DNA from: the human T2T-CHM13v2.0 reference genome, Homo sapiens | Assembly: GCF_009914755.1 (NCBI RefSeq) | Contig: NC_060944.1 | Strand: one strand, 5' to 3' | Length of the DNA stretch: 64,000 nucleotides | In this document: one piece after another, positions 10,944 through 24,109 of the stretch | Position numbering within the stretch: the stretch's first letter is position 1 | Layout: the number at the start of each line of letters is the position of its first letter | The notes under the pieces: generated by a model | The model's database searches: none | Told to the model about the DNA's origin: nothing | Seen by the model: only the letters and a program-made list of their open reading frames with translations | Translations under genes and position numbers: made by a program

Positions 10944-13195
10944 CTACACATGTGAAAGAGCAGGAGGCAGGGACAGCACGTTCTGTCAGTTTCTTACACA
11001 CACAGGCACTTCACTGTGACCGGGTCACTGGGCTTGCCTGGGGCTTCAAGCCTACCTTCATGAGCTGCCCACATTGTCACCTGCAAGGCACACAAGCCAC
11101 CTCCTCCTGCCAGCTGGCAGGGATGCCATGCCCCAGGCCTCCCCAGTAACTTGTTTCTCTATGCCAATGCCAAGGATTAACTGAATTCCGCTACCTATGA
11201 CCCAGGGGGCAGGGACACTGGATCTATTCTAGGAAGGTTCTCATGTGATGATGAAATTTCGGCAAACTTCCAGTTCCTGGCATTCAGTCCACAGAGCATC
11301 TCATTCCTGCCATTTAACCCAGAGGTATTTTTCCTCATTTCTCACTAGGAGATGAGATGCTCACATACATTGATGTTTTAGGCCAATAAACATTGCTTCC
11401 CACGTGCTTCCATTCCAGGTGTGATTTTCAAGGCAATATTTCTAAAGTGAGTCACACACCTGCATGTCTTAGGGTTGCAACTTCAGAAGAGAACTGAATG
11501 CTTTCCCTGCACAGTGCCGCCCCAAAACATGACTTGTCAGAACTGTGGAGAAGCATGGGATGAGGGACCCTGGGACCAGGGTGCTAGACCTTGCCCTGTG
11601 GAACCACACACAAGTCCTGTAGAAGCACAAGCAAGGCCTGTGATCCCTCTGGTGTCAGTCTGCTCCTCTGTAAAATAGGCTCCAGGGCCCAACGATCTAC
11701 AATGCCCCATGCTTCACTCCCAGTGAGAGAGAGGTGCAGGCCAGCGGGGACCCTACACCAGGGAATGGCCCTCCTGTGCAGGGAGAGGGCCCCAGCTGAC
11801 GGCTGCGGGAGAAACGCGGCTGGTCTGGACTCCTCTGAATTTCCAAGAGAAGGTGGAGGAGCTCTAAAGTCTGTGTCACTGTTCGCTGCTCTGCCATGGG
11901 ATGCAGGTCAAGCTGGGCCTGGTAGCCCTACTGAAGCTCCCTCCCGATCCGACCCCCTACTCCGGTCTGCTGGGTGTCTTCATCTGGCTGAGGTCTAACT
12001 CTGCATCAGCTGATAGAGGCAGGGTCAGGCATGCTCCACCCCAGCAGGGACTCAGCTGCCCTGGGATGTAGGGGGTGGTCAGCCGGCCTGAGGGTGAAGG
12101 CCGCTAGTCCTAGGGGACTGTGCCCAGGGGTGTGACTTGGGGAGGGAAGCAGGGCTCTGCAGGACAAGGTGCCAGGCTCACGTGTGGCCCCTGCGGAGAG
12201 TATTCTGGGAGGAGGATGAGCCGCATGGCCTAGATCTCATCTTGAGCAGCATCAAGCCCACCCAGAGTCAGCATAGTCTCCATCCACACCTGCTAGACCC
12301 TGGGAAATGGCACGGTCGTGGCACAGACCCAGCTGCTGCTGCAGGTTAAAAGAGGCCGAGGGGACAGGACAGGGCTGAACTCATGCACTCATGGCCCAGG
12401 AGCGTCCTAGGGCACGAAGGCCGTCAACAGACAGGGAAAGCTGAATGAGTCTGAGCATTAGATCATGAATGTGTCAGTGCTGATTTTCAAAATGGAATAG
12501 TGATTATGTGCGATATTGCCCTTGTTTTTAGGAAAAACACACTGAAGTGTTTACTTTCAAAAGATTCAGGCAAAAAATGCATATACAGTACATATACACA
12601 CACCCATATTCACATTCGGAAAGTGAGCTGGGGGGAACAAACAGGGCAAAATGTTAACATCTGTGCTAACATCTGAGGGATCTGGGTGAAAGATCTACAG
12701 GGATGCCCTGTGCTATTTTGCAGCTGCTCTGTAAGTCTGAAATTACGGGAGAATAAAAAGTTAAAAGAAACAAAAGTGCTTAAAAATTATTTGGTGGAAG
12801 AACAAGGAGGCAGCCAGATGAGGGGCTCTGTTTTTCCTTCTCCTGCGTATTCAGCAGCGCACCCGGAGCCCAGCGTCCCAGGAGGTCGGGACAGAGCTGT
12901 GTGGGACGTCCTGTGCCTGCCCCCGCGCTGCGGCGCAGCTCGAGCTGGCTCCTGGAAGCTGATCTTAGGCGCCGGGCGCGGACCTGACGTGTCCGTGCGG
13001 TTCCAGGCCAGGCCAGACTCAGGGCATTCCCGGACACGCCCGCCAAGGGCTCGGGGGTGACAGCGAAGACCGGGAACAGGGTCCGGGTGAGAAGCCCAGG
13101 CGCCGGAGAGGAGCAGCACGGGGTCCGGGAGCAGCGCGGGGGGAGGCTGGGACGGCGGGGCCGGGGCTTCGGACCCTGCGGGGGGCGGCACGCAC

Positions 13196-13438
13196 CTGCT
13201 TGCGGGCGCGCACCACCTGCAGCGCGCGGCTGTGGTACATGTCGTTGCTGGCTTTGTTGTACTCGCCGACGGCAAAGTCCAGTGCACGCCGCACACCCTC
13301 CTCCTCCACGCTGGCGTCCATGGGGCCTCCCACCAGGCGCGGCGGCTTGCCGGGACTGGAGCCGGCCGCGGGGCTCACGGCCAGGGCCACGGCCAGGATG
13401 GCCAGCAGGAGCAGCGGGGCGCGCAGGGGCCCGGCCAT
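13196..13438 (-). CDS. CST3: Cystatin C coding exon 1 (codons 1-81: signal peptide and N-terminus)
   Basis: ATG at 13438 in ACCATGG Kozak context. Translates MAGPLRAPLLLLAILAVALAVSPAAG-SSPGKPPRLVGGPMDASVEEEGVRRALDFAVGEYNKASNDMYHSRALQVVRARKQ, matching human cystatin C. Donor CAG|GTGCGT at 13196/13195. Confidence 0.99.
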
Positions 13439-13557
13439 GGTCGGCTAGGACGCGGGACGCGGGGAGTGGGGCGCAGGCGAGAGGCTGGAGCTAGATAGAG
13501 AGGACCCGCTGCGATACCGAGGCGAGGCCGTGAGCCCCGCGAGGCCGGCGACTGCGG

Positions 13558-13563
13558 TTTTAT
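13558..13563 (-). promoter_or_regulatory. CST3: TATA-like ATAAAA box of the CST3 promoter (TSS expected near 13530)
   Basis: The only AT-rich hexamer in GC-rich sequence, about 120 nt upstream of the ATG, with GC-box-like GGGGTGGGGCGG just upstream. Confidence 0.7.
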
Positions 13564-13624
13564 CCCTTCCGGCCTTCGCCGCCCCACCCCACCGCGGCCT
13601 GCACTCCCTTTTCCGGAACGCCTC

Positions 13625-14360
13625 GTCCCTCCCACCTCCCTTCTCCCTCCCCGCCTCCCCTGCCTCTCCCCGCCTCCCCTGCCTCTCCCCGCCTCCAGGT
13701 CCCTCCCTATCAGTCTCCTCCCATCCCAGCCTCCCCTGCCCCTCCAGGCTTCCCTGTCCTTCCCCATCCATCCCCTTCCCTCCCCTCCCAGCCCCTCCCG
13801 GCCTCTCCTCTCCCTTCCCGCCTCCCCTCTCCCTCCCCTCCTCCCCTGGCCCCCCAGTCTCCCTGGCCTTCCCTATCCATTCCCATCCATCCCCTCCCCT
13901 CCCCTCCCCCTCCTCTCCTACTGTCTTCCAGCCTCCCCTGCCTCTCCTATCCTCCCCATTCCTCCCCATCCATCCGACCATTCCCACCTCCCCACTTCGG
14001 GCCCCTCCATGCCGCCACTCTTCAGGCTCCTTCTCCTCTGTCCCTTTCCCCTTTCAACCCCCAGACACCGCCTCCCATGCCCCTCATCTCCCTCCTCCAC
14101 TCCTGTCCTTGCTCCCACTTCGCCCCCACCCCAGCTCGGCCCCTCTTCATCGCCCCTCCCTCGTCCCGCCCCTCCTCTGTCTTCCCTTCCTACCCATTCC
14201 TGGCCTCTCCCTGTCCCTGTCCCTCCTATCCTCTTCTTTCCCCTCTTCTCACCCCACTCCTGGCCCCTCTTCCCCCACCCCTTCCACACCTATGCCCCCC
14301 TTCTACCCACTCCACCCCCTCAGCTCCATCTCTTCCCAAAGACCTGTCCCTCCTCCCAAG
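13625..14360. repeat. Polypyrimidine (+) / polypurine (-) low-complexity tract upstream of CST3
   Basis: About 730 nt that are overwhelmingly C/T on the + strand, with CCCTCCC and CCTCTCCC motifs. Confidence 0.85.
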
Positions 14361-14754
14361 CTTAGGTCACCCTGCCCTCCAGAGAGGTGTCAAGGCCCCC
14401 TGGGCCCTAAAAGCATACGACCCCCTAGCTTCATTTCCTCAGAAAAGGGAAAGATAGAGGTCTCGGCCTTCCGGAGTCTTCGGAGGTCCTGAGTATCCGT
14501 GAGCATTTGGTCAAGGTCTAGAAATCACTAAGGCAGAGGTGTGATTCCAGAGGCCACAGGAGACTCAGGCCATGCCCTGTGCTAGGGAACTTTTCAAACA
14601 GAAGAATTAACCTTTATTTGAGTAAAAAACTCTGGGTTCTCCTTTCACAACTCATTATTCAGTAAACAGACTTTTCACCAGCTTCCCCCTGCACCAGGTA
14701 GTCTAGGAGCTAGAGACGGAGCCTGGGTGACCGAGCCATGGACACTACATTGCA

Positions 14755-15062
14755 GGGCTGCTGCCAGACAGAAATGTGACACGAACCCAGGAGCAATTTA
14801 AAACTTTCTGGGAGACACATTTCAAAAAGTAAAAAAGAAACAGGTGAAGGTAATGTTTATAATATTTCTTACTTAACCTAATATATCCAAAATATTATTT
14901 CAACACATAAGAAGAATCATTAATAACATAGGTTATTTTATTTTGGGTGTGTGTACTGAGTCTTTGAAATTCCCTGTGTATGTGGGTGTCAATTGTACTG
15001 GCCCCATTTCAAGCACCCTGTGGCCACATGTGGCTGGTGGCTGTGGCACTGCACAGCCCAGC
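14755..15062. mobile_element. MER33 hAT-Charlie element nested in an antisense L2 (~14650-15420)
   Basis: aaaaagtaaaaaagaaacaggtgaa...atatatccaaaatattat...gccacatgtggctggtggct matches MER33. The flank gccagtgcaaaggccctgagg is an L2 signature. Confidence 0.65.
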
Positions 15063-18000
15063 ATTAGGGTGTGTGGGAGGATGGCGAATAGTGATCAATA
15101 ATTAATATCAGGAAATTAGTCTCTCTGTTGGAAGTGAGAGTATGGGATAGAGAGAGATGATGCCACTGGACCTGGTCAGGGAGGACTCTATGAGACTGGA
15201 AAGGTGAGAAGCCCTGCCTAGACAGGAAACAGCCCCAGGCAGCGGGAAGGGCCAGTGCAAAGGCCCTGAGGCGGGGCTGGGCATGCCTGCTCCAGGAAGA
15301 GGAAGCTCCTGGAGGGAGTGTGAGCAGGGAAGGGAACGATCTGGAGTCTCATGGTAACTGTGGGTGGGGCCGGGTGGAAGGTGCAGTGAGACCCATTGGC
15401 AGGCAGTGGGGGTGTCAGGAGAGGGAGCAGCAGCCACAGGATGAATGTGGGAGCCCACGGGTGTCTCTTGCTCCTCCCCTCTGGGCGTCATGCTGCTGGC
15501 GCTGGTCCTCTGCACTGCTTGGAAAACTCACCTGAGTTTAGAACATCACTGTGAGTGAGGTAGAATTTATAGACAACAAAATGTCTAATCTGGGGGATTT
15601 CATTAACGCATATACCCGTGTTACCACTTTGTCCAGACCTGTGACATCTGCCTTGCCCCAGACGGTGTGTCCTCCTGCCTCTGCAGCTCACCCTCATGCC
15701 CATCCTGCCCTGGCAGCCCCCATCCTGCCCTATAGACTCGTTTGTCGCCTGTCCTTGAGCTTCCCAGAAATGGAGTCCTGCAGAGCAAGCCTGGGTGTGT
15801 CTTTGTCCTTTGCTCAGTGTGGCTTTCCAGTGGGCCCTGAGTTCCTTCATTGCCAGGATTGTGAGTTCTTCTCCCCAGACTGAGAGGACCTGATCAGCTG
15901 GGTGCCCTGTGGGGTGACAAAGTCCCCAGCTTGGGATGCTGCGGACCTGGGCTGGAATGTGACTCCAGGAGTGGCGAGGGTGGAAAGGAGGCTCTGAACA
16001 GACAGCTGCTCCCTTTGTTCTCTCAACCCCACCCTCCATGCCTGAAGGTGACCCTGTGGCAAATGCCCTTATGGCGAGGTGGCAGCTTTGCCAGAAACAC
16101 CAGAAAACTCTGTGCCTTTGCAGGGCACCCAGAGGACTCTCCTGGGAGTGGTGGAGGTGAGGGTCAGCCAGGGTCAGCCCAGACCTGCTGTGATCCTGGG
16201 GCTCCGCCATGGCTGGGGCTGGATCAGCAGGAACCCGGCAGCGGGAACAATATTACTCATGGATGCTCATGTTCAGTGGTGGGACAGGGGACCTTGTTAC
16301 CCGAGGCCCAGTGACCATCTTACCCCACTGTCAATCCAGCGTCCCTAGAAAAGCCATGCACCCCAGCAGATACAGCAGGTGGCCCAGATGGTGTTTACTG
16401 CTGGGTGAGGGAAGGAAGGTCTTCAAACAGGGTTGCGCATATGCCTCCTAGTTAGACAGGAAATGGGGAGAGATTTTCAGAGAAGGGAAAGAGAGGGCAG
16501 CCCCTGGCCAGGTGCTTGTGAGCAGAATGGTCATCTCCCAAGTGTGGGAGTTGGTTCTTCTCTGTGGCTCCCACCTTCCCTGGCCACTGGGGCTCTAGTC
16601 TCAAGAGGATGTGTTGTGCAGAGGGTAAGCTGAAATACACACAAATCCCCTGTCTTTTGTCATTAGGAAGGACGTGCAGGTCACCCAAATAGCAGGAGCA
16701 TGGTGGTAGGTGGGGTGTGAGGTGGGAGCTGAAGTGCTGGCCTATTTCCCTGTATGTGATTCCACCGCCGGTGGTCATCCTCTGTCAGGACGTGCCCTGC
16801 AGGCACATGCTGCAGGGAGGGTCAGCTGGCCTGATGCAGCGACCTCTCTAACCCTTGTAGGACAGACACCAGTGTAGGGTGCTCTCAGGAGCTGCAGGAG
16901 CCGTGTTCAGTATGCTGTAATAGGAAGTGAAAGGTTACAGTAGCTGGGCAGCTGCTCCTGATATTTGGTGACCTTGAGCAAATGTTTTGCCTTCTCTGTG
17001 GTCATGTGTCTGGAGAGGTAGACTGCCTTGTAAACTGTTGTGCCTGGGCATCAGTGATGATGTTTAAACACGATTAAAAGTAACAGAGCAGCCTACAGCT
17101 TCAAAGACATGCTACAGAGACACAGAGAGAAACAATGGACCTAGGACTGAGCCTGGGGCCTCCAGCACCCATGTACTTGGAGGAGTCCAGCTGCCCAGGA
17201 GGGGGCATATTTCCCTTCTGCCAGGTGATGAAAGAGAAAGCCGTGGTCTCCCAGGCTGCCTTTTTGACTATTGATCTCATCATCTGAATTAGTAGAGTGA
17301 GAAATTAGGTAAATGGCAGAAATTCTCTATAATAAATAAGCAATAATAACAACACTAAACAATGCTATAATAAATAAATGACCAAACACATAAACAGCAC
17401 CTAAAGGTGCAAGTGGTTAAATCAAGTTGGCCAAGAGTTGAGATTCTGCACTTTGGGTTTTGAGCAATTATCACTCGGTGTCTATAGAAGGAGCTTGGAC
17501 TGAGCAGCCACGGGTTTTGGTAGCCTCTCAAAGGCAAAGCCCAGGAGCCTTCCTTATGGAGTGCCCGGAGTCCTCTGGGGTCAAGCCTGTCCCTTACACA
17601 CAGGCTCCCTCCTTCTCCCCTCTCTCTCCCCAACGATGGAGGAAATGCAGATGCTTCTAGACCGTAGGCCAACATTGGTAATGCATTTGGCTCCAAGAGA
17701 GATGAAGCCACATCATTAGGAAACTGATCCGCACTGGGAAGCCTGCTGGCAGCCTTGCAGACTGAGGCGAGAAAGGGCAGAGCCCGGTGTCTGCGGCCCA
17801 TTTTGCACTTCATGGGGGGATGAGAATCCTTGGGACATTTCTGCTCAGGAGCAAATGTGTAAACGGCGCTCATCATTTTGGATTACAGGGTTAACATTTA
17901 TTTTCTCAAGGAGTGCATTCACCAGAGCAGAGCCAGTGACTGAAGAACCACATCTGAGTGGAAGGGAGAGAGAGAGAGGCCTCCAGGGACACAGGCTGCT

Positions 18001-18089
18001 GGCTGGTGCTGCCAGGGCTCCACCTGACTCCCTGCAGAGGCCTGGCCACGAAGAAAACAGATGGCTCTGAGGGGGTTGAGCAATCCCTT

Positions 18090-18537
18090 TGGCATCTCTG
18101 AGTGGTCAGTTTACTTTCTAGACCCACGTTCTTGTAACATTCCCCTCTTAGTGTTTCTGCAGCCTTGAATATCAGTTCCCTTAGCAGAGTTCAGTGACCC
18201 GGGAGAGTGGTTCCTGTTCCTGCCCAGGATCCTGCTAAGCTGACTCACTGGGTGCTGGAGCTGGAGCCCCAGGCCTCCTGCTGCATCTTGTCAGAATCCT
18301 GCTAGGTTAGTTAAGCCAGCACTCTCTTCCCTTGATGTCTGCTTAGTAACTTTCCACCTGCTAACACCACCCCTCCACGCCATGTTCCTTGGCTGTAAAT
18401 CCCACTTATTCTTGTTGTGTTCAGGGTTGAGCTCTGTCTCTCTCTTATTGCGACGGTGTTGACCCCCAGCGCGACGGTCTTGAATCAAGTCTCCATTACC
18501 ATTTTAATAAGTGTCTACAGAATATTTTTTTTAACAG
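18090..18537 (+). mobile_element. MER31-like ERV1 LTR fragment
   Basis: agaatcctgctagg...ccttggctgtaaatcccacttattcttgttgtgttcagggttgagc...gtcttgaat...tttaaca. Confidence 0.45.
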
Positions 18538-18714
18538 TAGAAGCCAGCCAGGCCAAAACTCTGCCCTACCAGAAAATCCTGTTGCCAAGTAAGAGTAAGG
18601 GGCTTGGAGGACTAAAAGCAAACAAAAAATGGGAAGAGTGCAGATTGAGCGGGGGTGATGGGAAAGGGATGGGTGTAGGGTAAGGTGGGGCTGTGGGGCT
18701 GTGGCATGTGTTTC

Positions 18715-19330
18715 CCCGAATATTTTATTATGAAAATATTTAAACATTCATCAAAGTTAGAGTAATTTTACAGCAAACACCTATCTACCCACTGCCATGA
18801 TTCTGTCATTAATATTAGACTTCTTTTTTAATCTCACCTATCTACTGCTCTGTCCGTCTAAGCATCCTCAATCTGTCTTTTTAAAAATGCATTTTGTAGT
18901 AGGTTGCAGACATTAGTATACTCCACTCCTAAACACGTGTTAGTATGCGTATCATTAACTAGAGCTCATCATTTATTTATACCTTTTTCATTTGTTATAA
19001 AATGTACCTATAGTGAAATGCACGAATCTGAAGCATACATTAACTAAATTTTGACGAAGTCACCCTCTGTCAGATACAGAGCATGATCACCCCCAGAAAG
19101 TCCCCGTGTCCCCTTTTCCAGTCAATTGGGGGCCTCACTTCTGAGACAGCCACTGCACCAATGCTTCATTTACTATTGATGAGTTTTGTTTATTGCAGAA
19201 GCGCATGTCGACAAACTTTTACATCATGTAGACTTTTACGCTTGCCATTTTTCACTCAGCATGATGTTTTTGAGATGTATCCATGTTAAACAGTATATTC
19301 ATACATCAGTCTTTGATTGCCACACATGAG
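18715..19330 (-). mobile_element. Old L1M fragments
   Basis: Antisense L1 3' text (tattttattatgaaaatatttaaacat..., ttttcactcagcatgatgtttttgagat). Confidence 0.5.
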
Positions 19331-19721
19331 GCTCCTGACACTCGCAGCCCTGGATTTCAGGCAGCATTTGCTGTAGTGAGGAGGCAGCTCTCGAGCACTC
19401 GGAGTTTTTGCCGCTACTTCCCCTTTCTCCTTTCTAATCTGGACCAGCTGCCCTGCCTTACCCCTACTCTCCCTGCTCCTCCTCTTTCATCTTTCTCTTT
19501 CTCCTAAGGTTACTTTCACTTTTTGCTCCAAGCAGAATCTAGAAGGGGGAAAAAGTGTCACCATCAATGGAGCAAAACCCAATTTTCTAAGACAACGAAC
19601 AGATTTCTCCAACTCTACTCCATATTTGAAAATAAAAGTTCTTGTATTTTTAGAATCAAATTAGTACATGCTTATTATAAAATGAATAAGAAAATGAATA
19701 AAAGTGTAAGAAAGATAAATT

Positions 19722-19898
19722 ACATGTGTGCATGTGAGTTTGTGTGCGCACGCTTTTGTGCGTGTGCCTGCGTGTGTACACGTGTACATGTGTGCATGTG
19801 AGTTTGTGTGCACGTGCTTCTGTGCATATGCCTGCGTGTGTACACATGTGTGCATGTGGGTTTGTGTGTGCACACTTCTTGCATGTGCATGTGTGCAT
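19722..19898. repeat. Imperfect ~60-bp minisatellite (3 units) of alternating purine-pyrimidine sequence
   Basis: The unit start catgtgtgcatgtgRgtttgtgtg recurs at 19723, 19787 and 19845. Confidence 0.8.
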
Positions 19899-20759
19899 TT
19901 TCACCAAACTGAGATCATGTGGTGGTTATAATTTCATGTTGCTTTTTTAAACTTCATTATGTCATGAGCATTTTTCATGTTGTTAAATCATCTTTGAAAG
20001 TTTTGTTTCATTTCCTATTCTGAGTATTCCATAGTTTAGTTTTTAATTTTTTTGCTAATGATAGACTTTTAGGCTATTTCAAATTTTTTTTTCTAGAATG
20101 ACTAATACTGTGATACACACTCCTACAGAAAAAAAAAATTTTTGGTGCATAGGTTGTTTTCTTCCTAGAAGTGAAACTTTTGAGTCCGGGCCTACAAAGT
20201 TATTTATCTATTTTTTTTTTTAATGAATCTCAAAAAAGACTGCCAATAGCTCTTCAGAGAGATACACCTGCCTTAGTCAGGTCCAACTAGCCACGAGGCA
20301 GTTCTAGTGGTCCAACTGCAGCATTCTGCGCTTTATCTTAGGTGTGAATGTTGGTGAGTGTAACTGTCCTCAGTTGTCATGCTGGGCCTGAGACCATGGG
20401 TGGTCCTACCTAAAGGGCAGTGCTCTTTCTAGGCATCGTTTGCACCTGAATCACATCATGGTAGACCCATCTTGTTCTTACTGATCGTTTATAAAAGGTG
20501 TTACCTTTTTCATTCTTTCACTTAGTTTAGTAAATATTCATTGAACACCTATGATGTGAGATTCTGACTTTAACGAGGTAAAAGTTCCATTTGTGCTTTC
20601 AAGAAGTCCTGGGTCTGTAAGGAGAAAGCCATCTAAACAGCTATTTCAACACAGCGTGGTGCAGGTCATCACACGACACTAAAAGATGCAGACGCTAGTG
20701 CCGTGGCTCCAACCCTGGGGGTCTCCTGAGGCACATCTGGGGCTTTAACACCAATGCTG

Positions 20760-21580
20760 CACCCATGTCTCTAGCATGGATGTCTCCAGCATGAACTCCT
20801 GATGAACCTCCAAGTCCATCTCAGTGCCCTTCTCCTGGATGGCTCCAGACCCCTCAGGCCACCCAGGCCTTCAGCTGTACGTTGGGCCCACCCCTCCATC
20901 TCCCTCGCTCCCAGCCTCTCCTGCTCAGTAAGGGCTGCTCCACCTTTCTGGTTGCTCAAGCCAAAAACCTGGAGTCTCCCTTCACCAACTTCTCTTCTCA
21001 CATCTGATTTACCAGGAAATGTTGCCGGTTCCACCTTCAAAACACATCTAGATGATCTGTTCACTGCCTTTACTTTCATGGCCACCACTGGGCCAGACCA
21101 CCGCCAGCTGTAGGCAGCATCTGACGGGTAGCCCCAGCAGCCCATGCTCATCTCTGAAGCCTAGGGCTCCTTTTACAACCTTAATCAAATCATGCCACTC
21201 TTCTGTTCAAAATTCTCAGACCACATGTGGCTCTTGAGCACTGAGATGTGGCTGGCACATTTGTGATTTTACTGAATATTCATTAGCTTAAGTTTAAAAT
21301 AGCCACATGAGGCCTGTGGCTGCTGTGCCGAAGGGTGAAGTTCTAATGGTTTCAATTCTCACTCAGAGTAAAACCAAAGACCTCCCAATGGGTCCACAGA
21401 GCCCTCATGATCTGCCTGCCATATTCTGACCTCCTGTCATACTGCTCTTCTTGCTGCTCCTGGAAGGTATGAAGCATACTCCTGCCTCAGGGCCTTTGCA
21501 CAAACTGATTCCTACACCTGCAGATCTGTGGTTCTCTTCCTCACCTCCTTCACTCTTTCTATAAAGGTCAGCCTCAAAAC
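20760..21580 (+). mobile_element. L2 fragment interrupted by a MER3-like element (~21220-21340)
   Basis: L2 text (ttgctcaagccaaaaacctggagtc, cctgcctcagggcctttgcac). MER3 text (ccacatgtggctcttgagcac...aaaatagccacatg). Confidence 0.6.
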
Positions 21581-22397
21581 AAGGAAATGTAGAGCCAGTG
21601 GAAGTAGAACCAGAAACATCCAATGTCAGGCAGGTAATGGTTAATTTATGTCTAATTTATCCAAGGAGAAGGATTTTATGAAAAGAAGAATGAGTGTTAG
21701 CCTGAGTCCCCTCCTAGACCATGACTCCTTGCCTGTGGGGTCCCTAAGTGGGCCCAAACATCCTTGGACACACAGTGTAACACCTGCATGCTTGTAACTA
21801 GAGTAGTTGTGGCCACGTGCCTGTGCATGAAGCACTCGTGGTGATTTTTAAGATAAAGAGGAAATAAGTGGAAAATAGCTATTTGGGAAGGCTGGAATAT
21901 GGGCCAAAGAAAACAGTATAAAATTAAAGCATAGAGAAGTTTTATCTGGGGGAAGAGAATGAATGTATCATTCTAACATATATGTCCAATGCATTAACCT
22001 GGTTCAAGTTAGCTTGCAGGAGTGAAAGAAAAATAAACAATAAAAATGAAAAATCTTATTTTACCTTCATTTATTCCTTCTCTAATGCTCTCGTTTTCTT
22101 CATGTGGAACAAATTTTTGATTTATATTGTTTTCCTTCCTGAAGAACAAGACCCAAAGTGATTCATAGGCAAGTTTGAGAAGCACTGTGTCAGGTGCCTG
22201 AGGCATGGCAGTTGGTCATAAAGGCTGGTAAAGAAAAATAATTCTGTTCCTTAAATTGCAGCTGTAGTAACCACAGGGACAGAATTCTGAAACTGCAAGG
22301 AATGGGTAGTTAGGATCCCTCAGACTCCTCTGCTGCAATGTCCTTCACTTACCGGCACTTGAGAAAGGAAAGTAGTAGCAGAGTGTTTGAGACTGCA

Positions 22398-22700
22398 TTT
22401 TTTACTTTTACTTTTTGAGATAAGATCTCACTCTGTCACCCAGGCTAGAGTGCAATGGCACCATCTCGGCCCACTGCAATCTCTACCTCCAGAGCTCAAG
22501 TGATCCTCCCACCTCAGCCTCCTAAGTAGCTGGGATTACAGGTGCACGCCACCATATCCAGCTGATTCTGTATTTTTTTTTGTAGAGATGAGGTTTTGCC
22601 ATGTTGCCCAAGCTGGTTTCAAACTCCTGGGCTCAAGCAGTTCACCTGTCTCAGCCTCCCAAATTGCTGGGATTACAGGTGCGAACCACCATGCCTGGCC
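22398..22700 (-). mobile_element. Alu (AluJ-like)
   Basis: Full dimer; imperfect TSD agactgYatttt. Confidence 0.9.
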
Positions 22701-23384
22701 CCAAGACTGTATTTTGAAAGATTTCCAATTTACAGAAAAGTTGCAAAAAGAGATGGTCAGTTTTATTTGTCATCTTGGGTAGACTATAGTCCCCAGGTTT
22801 TCAGTCAAACACTAATGTAAGTGTTGTTGTCAAAGTAGTTTGCAGAAGTGATTAAAGTTAACAATCAGTTGAGTTTAAGGAAGGGAGATTATTCTAGATG
22901 ACCTGGGTGGACTTGATGCAATCAGTCCAAAGGCCCTAAAAACAGAACTCAGTTTCCCTGAGGAGGAAGAAATTGTGACTGTGGACAGCAGTGTCAGTTT
23001 GTATCTGAGAGCCCCAGCTGCCCTTCCTGAGGATCTACCTTTTTTGTTCCTGCCAGCTACCACCACTGCATAAGCCGATGGCTTACAACAAGGCATGCCT
23101 TGGAGATATTGCGGGTTCTGTTTCAGACCACCACAGTAAAGTGAATTTTGCAATAAAGTGAGTCACACATACTTTTTCATTTCAAGTACATGTAAAAGTT
23201 ATGTTTACACTATACTGTAGTCTATTAAGTTTGAAATAACATTATATCTAAAAACAATATATATACCTTTGTTTAAAAATACTTTATTGGTAAAAAATGC
23301 TAAAAATCATCTGAGCCTTCAGTGAGTTAAAATCTTTCTGCTGGTGGACAGTCTTCCTTCAATCCAATGGCTGCTAGTTGATCA

Positions 23385-23906
<522 letters not shown>

Positions 23907-24109
23907 TCACTGCTTTATCATCTAAGTTTACATAATAGTTTAAATCCTTTGTTGTCATTTCAACAATTTTCACAACATCTTCACCAGGAGTCGATTCCAT
24001 CTCAAAAAACGGCTCTCTTTGCTCATCCACAAGAAGCAGCTCCTCATCTGTTCAAGTGTTATCATACGATTGCAGCAATCCAGTCCCATCTTCGGCTCTA
24101 CTTTTCAAT

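Larger units (their letters stand above)
7730..12263 (+). repeat. Paralogous duplicated block, copy A (CST3 3' flank to intron 1); copy B at 59580-64000
   Basis: Colinear similarity from cagacacacagggag (7732 / 59583) to gagcagcatcaagcccaccca (~12263 / 64000), covering exons, introns and 3' flank. Confidence 0.9.
12855..13625. promoter_or_regulatory. CpG island over the CST3 promoter, exon 1 and 5' intron 1
   Basis: Very high GC content and dense, undepleted CpG (e.g. CCGCGG, GCGCGC), in contrast to the CpG-depleted flanks. Confidence 0.9.

Noticed and set aside
13019-13195. C-terminal part of the 139-aa ORF 13019..13438
   Set aside because: Read-through into intron 1 past the CAG|GT donor at 13196; not part of cystatin C.
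13530-14492. 320-aa Pro/Ser/Leu-rich ORF divergent from the CST3 promoter
   Set aside because: Non-ATG start. It is open only because the C/T-rich tract cannot encode stop codons, and it has no domain features.
15488-16210. 240-aa minus-strand ORF upstream of CST3
   Set aside because: No recognisable domain or splice structure; GC-rich sequence partly overlapping decayed repeats.
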